A stretch of DNA of 64,000 bases from Eledone cirrhosa (Eukaryota). Location: NCBI GenBank assembly GCA_964016885.1, contig OZ024751.1, positions 51,894,001 through 51,958,000 of the forward strand, written 5' to 3'. Numbering within the stretch: the first letter of the stretch is position 1; each line of letters begins with the position of its first letter. Positions 31,001 to 43,000 of the stretch are shown piece after piece. The translations under genes and the position numbers were made by a program. The notes under the pieces were generated by a model that was not told the DNA's origin, searched no databases, and saw only the letters and a program-made list of their open reading frames with translations.

Positions 31001-34000
31001 AAAACTGCCAGTGTAATTCCTCTGTTCAAAAAGGGTGACCGCACATCACCTGTGAACTATCGTCCAGTCAGTCTTACTAGTTGCATCGCCAAACTGATGG
31101 AATCCTGTGTCAGAGAAACACTTTGGAACTTCTGGAGCTCTCACAGTCTTATCCGGCCTTCGCAATTTGGATTTATCCCCAACTCCAGCTGCTGTGATCA
31201 ACTTATAGAGTTTCTTGAGGACATCACCCGGATCACTGATGGCGGCTCATGGGTGGATGTTGTTTACCTTGACTTTGCGAAGGCCTTCAATTCTGTGCCG
31301 CACAAAAGGCTTATGGCAAAACTCTCTGCAATGGGTGTGAAGGATGATCTTTTTAACTGGTTGAAGTCCTTCATTCTCAGTCGAAGAGAGGTAGTCACGG
31401 TTCTGGGACAGCATTCCTCACCATATGAGATGTCATCTGGTGTACCTCAGGGATCTGTTCTTGGCCCCCTTTTGTTTGTGGCATATATTAATGACATAGA
31501 TGCCAACTTAAGGAATGCCACAGTACTAAAGTACGCAGACGACATCAAGCTGTACCTTGAGATAAAAAGGACAGATCCTGAACACTATAGATCTTGCTTG
31601 CAGTCTGACCTGGACACAATGCAACAGTGGATCTCAGACTGGCAACTCAAGCTAGCTGTGGACAAGTGCACCACCATGCATTTTGGGAGTAAAAACCCAG
31701 CGTCCACATATTCCCTCCACAGCACTAATATCAAGAAGTCTTCCTGTGAACGTGACCTGGGCATTACGGTCAGCAGCGATTTGCGTTGGACGAGGCACGT
31801 CTCTAAAATTGTCAAGAGGGCCGAGGGTGTCTTAGCATCACTCAGCAAGACCTTTGTCAGCCGCTCTGCAGATATCTATTTAAGGCTGTATACAGCTATG
31901 GTGCGACCACACTTAGAATTTGCATCACCAGTCTGGAACCCCTATCTTGCTCAGGACATTGACCGCCTGGAAACTGTTCAGAGACGTGCAACCAAGCGAA
32001 TACCCTCCATCAGGCATCTACCATACTCTGATCGCCTTGCTTCCCTGGGCATGGATTCATTGAAGCTCCGACGCCTGGCAACTGACTTGGTAAACACCCA
32101 CAAAATTGTTAACCATGTTGCCAACAACAACCCTGAGTGCCTTTTCGATTTCCATGTGTCTAACACACGTGGACATGCCCACAAAGTAAGAAAACAGCAC
32201 AGTTCCCATGACTTTCGGAAACATTTTTTCACGCTCAGAGTTGCTGAAGCATGGAACAAACTACCTGCATCAGTTGTTAGCTGTCGAGACGCTGCATCCT
32301 TTAAGGCCTCCATGCTTCCCGAGATCCGCCAACACTACAGCTAACACATACAAACATGTACTTCCCTGGCATTTGTGTATTATTCTATGTACTATATTGA
32401 CGAGTTGTAGTGCACCTGAGCACTTTACACAATAATTTCATTATTATTATTATATACATAATCTCAAAAGCTATATACATATACATATATATATATACAC
32501 ATATATAGAGAGAGACAGAGAGGGAAATGACTTCTACAGGACTAGATCTTTTTCATTCAAAAGAAGTTATCAGGGCTTTCCTCATGATTTCTGTTGAATG
32601 AAACAGTTCTAGTCCTGTAGGAGCCCTTTCTATATAAAATATTGCACTCTAATAATGTATTGAGTACCTTACTTTCTGTGGTTACACCCGATTGAACCCA
32701 TGACTCTCTCTCACACACATAAACAGAGGAGGGACGGAGAAAAAGAAAGATTAACAGAAAAGGGAGAGAGAAACAGAACGCGGGAAAATAAAAGAGAGGG
32801 AATTACATGAGTAGAAGGAAGAGTATACTTATTGAGCGAAGTGGCAGGTAACACGCGAAAATTATAGTTACGTGTGTACACATACACACATACTTACACG
32901 CACACACACATAAAAACACTCACACACGTAGTTATTATAGTCTGCTGAAATCACAAAATGAAAACATGGATAACTTCGTAACTTTCAACATTCGAAATGT
33001 GACTTACATTTCTCTTATATCGATATAATATTCTGCTAACGTCAATGTTTGTAATGTTAATAATTAATAGAATGGTCTAAACACACAAACATACATACAT
33101 ATATATATATTCTTTTAATGGGGCACCGTCCTAAAGGCTTTTAGTCGATCATATCGATTCCAGGACTTATTTTATTGGCCATTTTTGTCAAATCACTAAA
33201 TTACGGAGCATAAAACAGACATAAACACAAGTAATTATCATCAGTCGAGAAAACAACGAACTGCTTATACAGGTATGTACGAAATTTACGTTTCAATTTT
33301 ACTTTTTTTTCTTCATTAGTAATGTCTGATCATTGAGTTGTGATTGGAGCAAAATATTGGTGTTTGTTAGTTTGTTTTTATCTATTTGTTTATTTTGTTC
33401 GATGTATTTTTAACTGATAGAGCGACCGAGTACAAACTTGGTGTCATCATGTCAACTTTTAAACCAATTCGAGAAACGATCGAAGGGAAAGGATTCGTGG
33501 AATTTCAAGATTTACTTCCCTTTGACTATTATTTAATCAACTTAATCATTTAGGGTGCTTTTCTATAAATTTAAGTGGATGAGAAGTGCTTATCTGTAAC
33601 TCCGAGAGTCCCCCGGAAAAAATAAAGAGTCGTTTGAGTATGAGTTGGATGTTAGTTCAATTGAAAACAACAAAGAAAAAAATATCCAGCGATGAGAACT
33701 CCAAGGCTGGATCCTCACACACCCATCTCGTTTTCGGAAAAATTTGATTGTGAGCATGTCGGAGGTCATTATTCTGCTAATTTATGACTACATTATCTAA
33801 TATTTTCTTCTTTTTAAAACGCTAGAGTATAACCTTAGGAAGATTTGGCAAGTATTTCTAGTTGATCGAACGACCGTGTTGTAGTTTCCACACGGTGGCC
33901 AACACACACGTATATATATATATACACATACACTCACACCCACCCACACATATATATATATTTAGTAAAATAACAGATTAAAGTTTAAGCAAAGAATCGC

Positions 34001-37000
34001 TGCTTTCATCCTTAACGGGATCTTCTGGAGTTTCAGAAGATCCCGTTAAGGGTGAAAGCAGCGATTCTTTGCTTAAACTTTAATCTGTTATTTTAATAAA
34101 TATTTGCTCTACGGCTCTTATATATTTGATATATATTAATCCTTATCGAGCCCTCTTTGGATTTTAGTCTTCAAATTTATTATTATTACTATATATATAT
34201 ATATACACACACACAGATCCACACATAATTGTCGGCTGCTGAAGCCTATCTAATATAAATCAAAATGTTTTATTGTAAAAAAAAAAAAAAGCAAGTGCCT
34301 TTTGCGGACAAGTCCGCAAAAGCATTCCCGAGAACACCCGCTGAGAGTGAAAGGGTGAAAGTAAGAGAAAGAGTGAAAGTAAGAGAAAGGGTCAAAGTAA
34401 GAGAAAGAGTGAAAGTAAGAGAAAGAGTGAAAGTAAGAGAAAGGGTGAAAGTAAGAGAAAGGGTGAAAGTAAGAGAAAGAGTGAAAGTAAGAGAAAGGGT
34501 GAAAGTAAGAGAAAGAGTGAAAGTAAGAGAAAAGGTGAAAGGGTGAAAGTAAGAGAAAGAGTGAGCATAAGAACAAGTATCACGTGACCAACAAAGCAGA
34601 CGACATTGAAAGATCGAAGAAGGTTTGTGAAGTTTTTAAAACAATTCTTGAATAACTACAATAAATAATGAACAAGAAAATAAGACCACAGGTAAATAAT
34701 CTATTCATTTTTTTTTTCCCTTTCCCAATTAACGTTATTTTTTATGACCACCAAAAAATTAATATATAATTATTGTATATACAATATTTTTTATTGGTTC
34801 GGCCACAAAACCCAGGAACTGCCACCTGTCCAACCCTTGTTAGAAGGGAAAATGGATGTTAACCCTTTAGCATTTACACTACTCTACATTTACTATTGAA
34901 TTTTCATGGTAAAGGCTTTACCTCACATAACTATTTCACATAATATTGAATCTGAGATTTTTATATTATTTATTTTGGGAACAATACCTTAATATAAGTA
35001 TGAGTGGCTGGTTACAGCCGAAATGAACAGGAAGAGGTGAGAGAATTCTGGCCAGATGTGGCTGGGTTAAATGATGATGATATCTGTAAGTGTTTGAACA
35101 TATCTGGGAGGTCAGTAGCCTCCGTTTCAATACCAACTTGGTCTGTGAAAACCTGTCCAATCCTTGTTAGAAGGGAAAGTGGATGTTAAATGATGATGAT
35201 ATGTGTATGTATAAGTGTGTAATATATCTAATATAAGCAGATTTGGGAGGTGGGATAAAAGGGAAGAGACATAGGAGGAAATATAGCAACAAGAAAGAGA
35301 GACTCACCGAATTATAAACTGCACAATTACGGAACATGAGTGAAAGATCTTCAACAAAACTTTCTGTGTATTTATATTCGGAGTCGACTACTTTATGTTT
35401 TATTGTTCGAAGGTCGATAGGATTGGCAATTAATTCATAATAATCAGGAACCTGAAGAGATATAAGGGAGAAAAAAAAAGAAAATATTTAGCAATTTACA
35501 GAGATGGTTAACCCTTTAAATTCCAACCTACCCCCAAACCAGCTCTGGTTCTATGAAATAAAACCATCAATTTTAAATCAAAATCTTCCAACATAATTTG
35601 GTATATAAACCTTTTCAGTCATTTTAAATACTATCTTAACCCTTTAGCATTTACATTACTCTATATATACTATTATATTTTCATGGTAAAGGCTTTACCT
35701 CACATAACTATTTCACATAATATTGAATCTGAGATTTTGATATTATTTATTTTGAGAACAATACCTTAACATCAATATGAGTGGCCGGTTACAGCTGGTT
35801 TGAACAGAAAGAGGTGAGAGAATTCTGACCGGATATGGCCGGTTTAAATGCTAAAGAATTAATATATAAAAGTATATGTATGCATGTATATGTGTGTGTA
35901 TTTAACTATTTCTAAGTTCAACTTAGATAAATAAACAGAAGTTTAATGTGAAAAAATTGTGAGTTATTGTTTTTTCATAACGAACCTGTCGTTCATCAAC
36001 AGGAAGTCTGAAGGGCCAACTGTTCTCATTCATTATCAGTCGAATTAAAATAGCTTCACATATCTGAAAAAAGATTGGAAATTACAATTTATTAACTTTC
36101 ATGAAATGTATGTGTTCATTATCACCCAAATAAAATAGCTTCACAAATCTGAAGAGAGATTTAAAATTTCTATGTAATGTTTGTAAGAGTGTATGTGTTT
36201 GTGTGTGTATGTTTCTATGTGAATGTGTATATGTTTGTATGCGTATGTATGTTTATGTTAGTGATTCTTTCACAAGTTTAATAAGTGTTACAGTAAGATA
36301 AATATACACTATGACGATGAAGCTTTAAATGAAAGTAGATAACTTGTGAAACTGATAATATCAGTAGAGAGGGTGATCTGATAAGGACAGGTTGATAGGT
36401 GAACTTGATAGTTATATGGTCAAAGAAGCAATCAAGGAGATAAAGCTGCAGGACCATCAGAAATAGTTGCCATGGTGCTGAAGCATCAGAAGTAGGAGCT
36501 GAACTAGTAACCTGCATAGTCAATCAGGTAAAACAGGACACAGCACTAAAATCATAAATTACAAGGATAAAGGTGATGCTCAAGAAAGGAGCAACTACAG
36601 AGGAATAAAACTAATGGACCAAGTTACGAAAGAGACAGAAAGAGTTCTAACACAGCTAATTAAGGAAAGAGTCAAATTAGATGAGATACAGTTCAGTTTT
36701 GAGCCTAGAAAAAAGTACTACAGATGCCCTCTTCTTAGTGAGACAATTACGAGAGAAGTTCTTAGACAAGAATAAGCCACTATTTAGCTTTTATTGATCT
36801 AGAAAAGGCCTTTGACAGAGTACCTCATTCTGTTAGCTGGTGGTCCTTAAGAAAATTAGACATAGAAGAATAGCTTGAGAGCAGTGCAAGCTATGAACAG
36901 AGGAGCTGTCAGTAAAGTGAGGAATTCAAGCTAGAGGTAGTTCATCAGGGTTCGGCTATCCTGTTCATTATAGTACTCCAGACCATAACAGAGGAGTTTA

Positions 37001-40000
37001 AGCCTGGCTGTCCATGGGAACTTCTTTATGCAGATGATGTAGTCCTTATAGCTGAATCAAATAAAAGAACTAGAGAATAAGTTTCTACTATTGAAACAGA
37101 AATTGAAATGAAAAGGGCTGAGTGCAAACTTAGCCAAAACTAAAATGCTAGTAAGTAGGAAAGAAGATAGGACACTGATTCTTTCAGGGAAGTTGCTCTG
37201 CTCAATATTTAGAAAAGTAGGCATAAACTCTATACGATGTACACAATATAAATCTTGGATACACAAGAGATGTAGTGGGATAACAGGCAGGTAAGACTTT
37301 TTATGTAGATGCACAGGTATAATCAATGGGAAGAGCATCTGTGATATAAATCTTTTCTAATCACATGAAGGATCCCTAAAAGTAGTTAATAGCTTTCGCT
37401 ATCTAGGTGAACTAATTAGCAACAGAGGAGGGTGACCCAAGAGCATAATAGCTTGATCAGGGATAGAATGGAAGGAGTTTAGAGAGCTACTTCCACTGTT
37501 AATAAAAGCTTTCTCCCTATGTACAAAATGATGCCTGTATGCAAAGTGCGATGCTGCATGATAGTGAAACAAGACATGCATAGGCTGGAAAGGAATGAAG
37601 CAACCATGCTTCATTGGATATCCAATGTAAATTAGAAAGAAAGGCAGATTTTGGATGAACTGAGGAAGAAACTGGATTTAAGAGGAATCTGAAGTGGTGT
37701 GCAAAAGAGAAGACTGTGATGTGCATGGATGATGATCACGGTGAAGTATCAGGAAATCCCAGTTGAAGGAAGTCACAGTAGAGGAAGACTTGGACGGAGG
37801 TGGTGAAAGCTGATCTTAAATCACTGTGACTTACAGAGGATATGATAAAGAAATATGGAACATATGAGCAAGATATGGTTCTCTGACCCGTTTAATTTCC
37901 GTGACATTTTGTCCAACCTATGACAGCATGGGAAACATGTAAAATGATGGTGATAATGATGTACAGACTCTGAAACTAGATTGAAACTAAATAGTTTTAT
38001 TTTTAGTCTATCATCATACACATATTGAAGAACAAAACATCTGAAGACAATGAAAACAAAAAAACAAAACAAAGATTTTTAGTTTTATTCCACATTCCTT
38101 TAAAGAGGTCAATATAGTACTTTTTTTTTTTTGTTTTGTTATTCATTTGGCTACACAACTCTCTTAGAATATAACTGCTCTACAGCTTTTGGGACCATTT
38201 GTAATCTTGATAACACAGAAATATATAAGCAAAAATGCGGACTATGCAAGTCACAGCAAAGGTAACCCACTGAAGAGAGAAGTAACTCTAAAAGTTTATA
38301 CAGGGCAAGGGAGGTGACTCTTAAGTCGTCACATACAAACTTTCCAGGAGCAATTACAATGAAATGTCAATGTTGTAAAGTGGTTGGCCATAAGAACGTC
38401 TAACAATAAAAACCATGATGGAAGACAACAATGAAAATTGCTGGTTTTCTCTGTTGTGTGAGCCAAATGACGAAGGATTAGCAACAAGTGGTAAAACGAT
38501 ATACTGGAATAGAGCCCTTTAATTGTGGAAAAATAAACTTATAGGCATGGCTCTGTGGATAAGGGGTTTGCTTTGCGACCATGTGATTTCAGGTACACTC
38601 CCACTGCATGGCACCTTAAAGAAGTATCTGCTGCAGCAACAGGTGAACTAATTACCTTGTGAGTGAAATTTAGTAGATGGAAAATGTGTGGAAGCTTGTC
38701 ATTTCTATCTATCTATCTATCTACATACATATATGTATGACCATGTTCACATTTAGTTTTTGTTTGTCATATAGCTTAGCAATTCGATAGAGATCAACAA
38801 TTCTCTGTCTAGGAATATTAGTAAGGTTCAAAGCCATAGATAGTGCTGTATTTAAGAGGATAGAGGAAATGGATGCATAATTATTGTCAATAGCAAATTG
38901 TAAAAATGCCACATCTTTCTTATCTAATTTAACAAACCACTTTATAACATCATTGGTATTTCCGCTTAAGTTAAGTGTAGTTTTTTGTCTAATAGTAGGT
39001 ATAATTCTATCAAAGATATTTTTACTAAATCAGAAGTCAAAGGGCATATTAATCTACTAGATGGGTTACTAATAAAATTTTTCTTGTGGGGTTTAGAAGT
39101 ATATGGTCCGGTGTATTTTTCCAATGTTTTTACCGTCCATTGATGTTCATTAAATTAACTTTATTAGATTTTTTGTATATATATCTTAAGTTCTGTTTAG
39201 ATGAAAGAGTTATTCAAATCAGTCCATACTGTATACGCTTTTAGTCTAGTCTGCAAGTGCCTGTATGTTTTCCAGTGAATTAAGTTACTGTGAATATATA
39301 TATATATTCAGTCATTTATATAAATTTAAATAAATTATTGGAAGAACCATTTTTAAGTAGAAAAAAAGGGTGAGATAATCTGTTTCTACAGGCCTTCACT
39401 ATTCACTGACACCCATCTAAGAGGGCAGTAACTCTAAATAAGACTCACAACCTATCAAACCCATGCAAGCATGGAAATGAACTAAAAGGATGATGATGAT
39501 GATACAGCATCACATTTCTTCCTTAAGCCTCAGGTCAGAAATGACCAAGCAGACCTATGATTCAAAAGCATTCCAACTATGACCATCCATGTTATCTCTA
39601 AAGCACTGGAGAACTAGAAGTAACAACTTATTTATTATTTCCAGTATACGCCACCCTACACATCTCCATATAGTTTCAGTGATTCCCCCTGCTGGCTGGT
39701 CCATTAACTAGTCTAATATACTGGATGTACTTCAGGTTTTTCTCTTGTTAGTCTGTGTGAGGTCCTACCCAACGTTTTGTGTAGCCAGTGTCTTTATTGA
39801 AAACCCTATTTTTAGTTCCAGCCTGCAAAGGAGCAGTTCTCTGAAACCAAAAGGCTAGTGAGGTCTTTACTGATGTCAACTAGTATTAGTCATACTACCT
39901 TTAGAGATCCTTATTAAACTATACATTAGACATGCTCCTCTTCAGGCTTTTATTAAACTAGTCAAACCAATGAAGGAACCTCTGTGCTACTTGACTTGTT

Positions 40001-43000
40001 ATAATTAGCAGCCAACTCTCCATATTTTACCCCTCTATCTTAAAAACAAATGCCAGAAAAGACAAGGCAAGATGATCATGGTTTAAGCTCTTATTGGATT
40101 AGTATAGTAGTACAGGACGGAATTAGAACTTTAGTAGTTTATAGAGGGTGGTAAGCAACATGAAAGAATGGCAGAAAGATGGAAAGAGTATTATGCATTT
40201 ATTGCATAGTCAGGAGGAAAGGCCATACCCATGATCCTTTTCAGCATCTCCAAAAGGCATTCAAAGGTCATGTGATGGTGTTAAACTAAGTAATAGATTA
40301 AGTCTACCATCTCCAAGTATAACCTCACTAAAGTTATCATTTAATGTCCACTTTCCTTGCTAGCACTAAATGATGATAATAGCCCTAATGAGCATATGAA
40401 TTTTAATTGGCTAATTAGTAATATTAATGAGGCTTTTTAGGTCACCTTACTCAAAATTTTACTTATTCTATGTTGCAAATATTTCTAAATCTTTAATTAG
40501 AACCAGTATATAGATTTCCCAAAGGCATCAAGTCGTGAATTCCTTTGTGATGAATAACTTTTTAAAAAAACAATGAAGAAAGCAGGAGGTTAGAGCCACA
40601 TAAGACACCCTTTCCATAAACTATGTTCTTAACTGAGCACTGCATCACATCCAAACCAATTCTATTTTTCATCATCCTCACCATGAATCTTTCTAGCAAC
40701 TTCAGTAAACTTACTTGATAATGTATCTCTGTTGATGTAATAATATGAAGATATAATTTCCCTTTGGCAAACCATAAACATTTATATTTATCTATCCCTA
40801 TATCTATTAATCCACCTACATCATCATCATTTAACATCCATTTTCCCAGCTAGCAAAGGTTGTAAAATGATGATGGACGATAAAGATTGTTTGTTAATGA
40901 TGATAAGGGCACTTGTAGTGGTGTTTATGGTTTGCCAAATGGAAATTAGTGAAATGGTTCCAATGGATAACCAGATCAGGCCTGTGTAAAATCCCAGTTT
41001 AGCAGAAACTTACCTCTAATCTTACACCTGCCTGCAAACATTGTTTCCATCATAGAATGTTGTTAATGTGTAAGGAAAGAGGAGTACTGTTTAAGAGTAG
41101 CATATACCAATAACACATTCACAAACAATATAAACATAGGCTAAACACTCTTTCATGACAGCCAATATGAGGGTAGCCTTTACATAAAAGTTCTTCAACT
41201 TGCTAGAAATAGCAGCCAAATTTCACTCAGATCATACACGACATATATTAGAAAAAGTATGCGATAATGCAGTCTTGGATTTATGAAAAGACTAGATGAT
41301 CAAGGCTGGCATATATTTGATTACGGTTAAACAACAACAACAAACATATCTAAAAGACTTAGGCTTAACAATAATGTTTTCTAATTTAGACACAAGGCCT
41401 GCAATTTGAATGGAGGGAAAAGTGGAATATGCTGATTACAGTACTAGTCTAGCACTTTATTTTATCATTCACAGAAAAATGAAAGGCAAATTTATAATAT
41501 TATAGTAAAAATTTTCATGTGGTACAGGATATTAACAGTTAAAAAAACACAAATGCACAAACATTTTTGTCTACTTTTTCATGTCAGTATGATTCGAATG
41601 ACTTTTATTTTTTTTTTTTCAAGGCAGAATGCCCTTTCTGACACCAACCCATACATTATTTGTAAGGATGCTTAAAACTGGCTTTAAGCAGTGTTATAAA
41701 CTAACACACACTTTCCTTCTTCCCATCCACGGATATTTTTTGCTGCAAATATATATATATATACAAATAATGAACTTCTTTGGTTTTCATCTACCAAATT
41801 CGCAAGACATAGGTCATCCTAAAGCTATAGAACACATTTGACCAAGGTGCAGACACAAAAATGTGAAAAATCCTTGTTTAATAAGTTACTTTAGAAAACT
41901 TGAAAGCAAGAGTCAGAATTAATTTCAGACAGACATTAAGACAAGCAAAGAAAATAAGATTAGACCCAAAATTTAGACAGTACTTTGGTATCTTTTTACT
42001 TTCAAAGAGACAGTCAGCATTTAATTACAAGTGAATACATAAAATGTGTGTAGGCAGGTGGTGGGAGACACATAAAATGAAGGTGGGGGGAGTTATTTCA
42101 TAAGTTTCAATAGATTTTACAGGTTTCTCTTTTTTCTTTTGGTATTTTTTGTTTGTTTGTTAGTCTTTTTCTTATAATTTTTGTTTCATTATTTTGTAAA
42201 AGCAGCAAAATGGAAGATTTGACAAAATGAAGCAGAACGAAGGCAATTTATTCTGTACTAGTATGTATGTATATTTATATATTTGTGTGTGTGTGAGATA
42301 ATAATTTTGAATGACCGGTATAATAAATCATAGGAACAGAAACAAACAATGCATTTCAGATTTTCAATTCCATTCAGCAAAAACTCAAGTTAAAAATAAA
42401 ATAAAAACACAACATACACACGTTGCCTGAAATTTTAGGGAAAGAGGTATATTCTTCTCTTTTATCCCTTCGTCTGCGGCCATGCTGGGGCATTGCCTTT
42501 AACAGTTTTAGTTAATTATATCAACCCCAGTGCCTTTTCTGACTCATGTCATTGTTCTCGTAAAATATAAAATGTAATGTAGGCATGAATACGGCAGGGT
42601 ATCTCTGCTCTCACACCTTACTAATACACACACGTAATTATATATATACACACACACACACACATTTTCCATGCTGTCATAGGTTTGATGGGTTGTTATG
42701 TATGATATCAATATTTAATTGGAGTTACTGTCCTCCTAAATGAATCAAGGGCCATGCTGCTTATAAGTTCTAATGTTAACAAGGTTTCTATGGTTAGATA
42801 TTCTTCCTCACACCAACCCGATTACATGCACCGAGTGTATTTTATTGTAACACTAACACTAGAAAGTCTGTCATGTTCTTGACTTTCTACAGTTTCTGCC
42901 TAACAAATACTACTCACAAGGTATTGGTTGATCCAAGGCTGTTGTAGAAAACAATTGTTGTACAGTAGAATCAAACCCAGAATTGTGATTGTGAAGTGAC

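Larger units (their letters stand above)
28086..32452 (+). mobile_element. Apparently full-length, intact CR1-clade LINE in the last BAZ1B intron, antisense to the gene; 5' boundary uncertain
   Basis: Two uninterrupted ORFs and a short 3' UTR ending in (TTA)n. The ORF2 C-terminus TRGHAHKV...[17 protein letters not shown] is typical of CR1. Confidence 0.92.

Noticed and set aside
32400-32452. CR1 as the partner LINE of the (ATT)n-tailed SINE
   Set aside because: Only the microsatellite tail is shared; I see no convincing 3' sequence homology.
34250-34583. ORFs with (ERVKVR)n or (FSYFHP)n repeats
   Set aside because: They are translations of a stop-free 18-bp minisatellite, with no other coding evidence.
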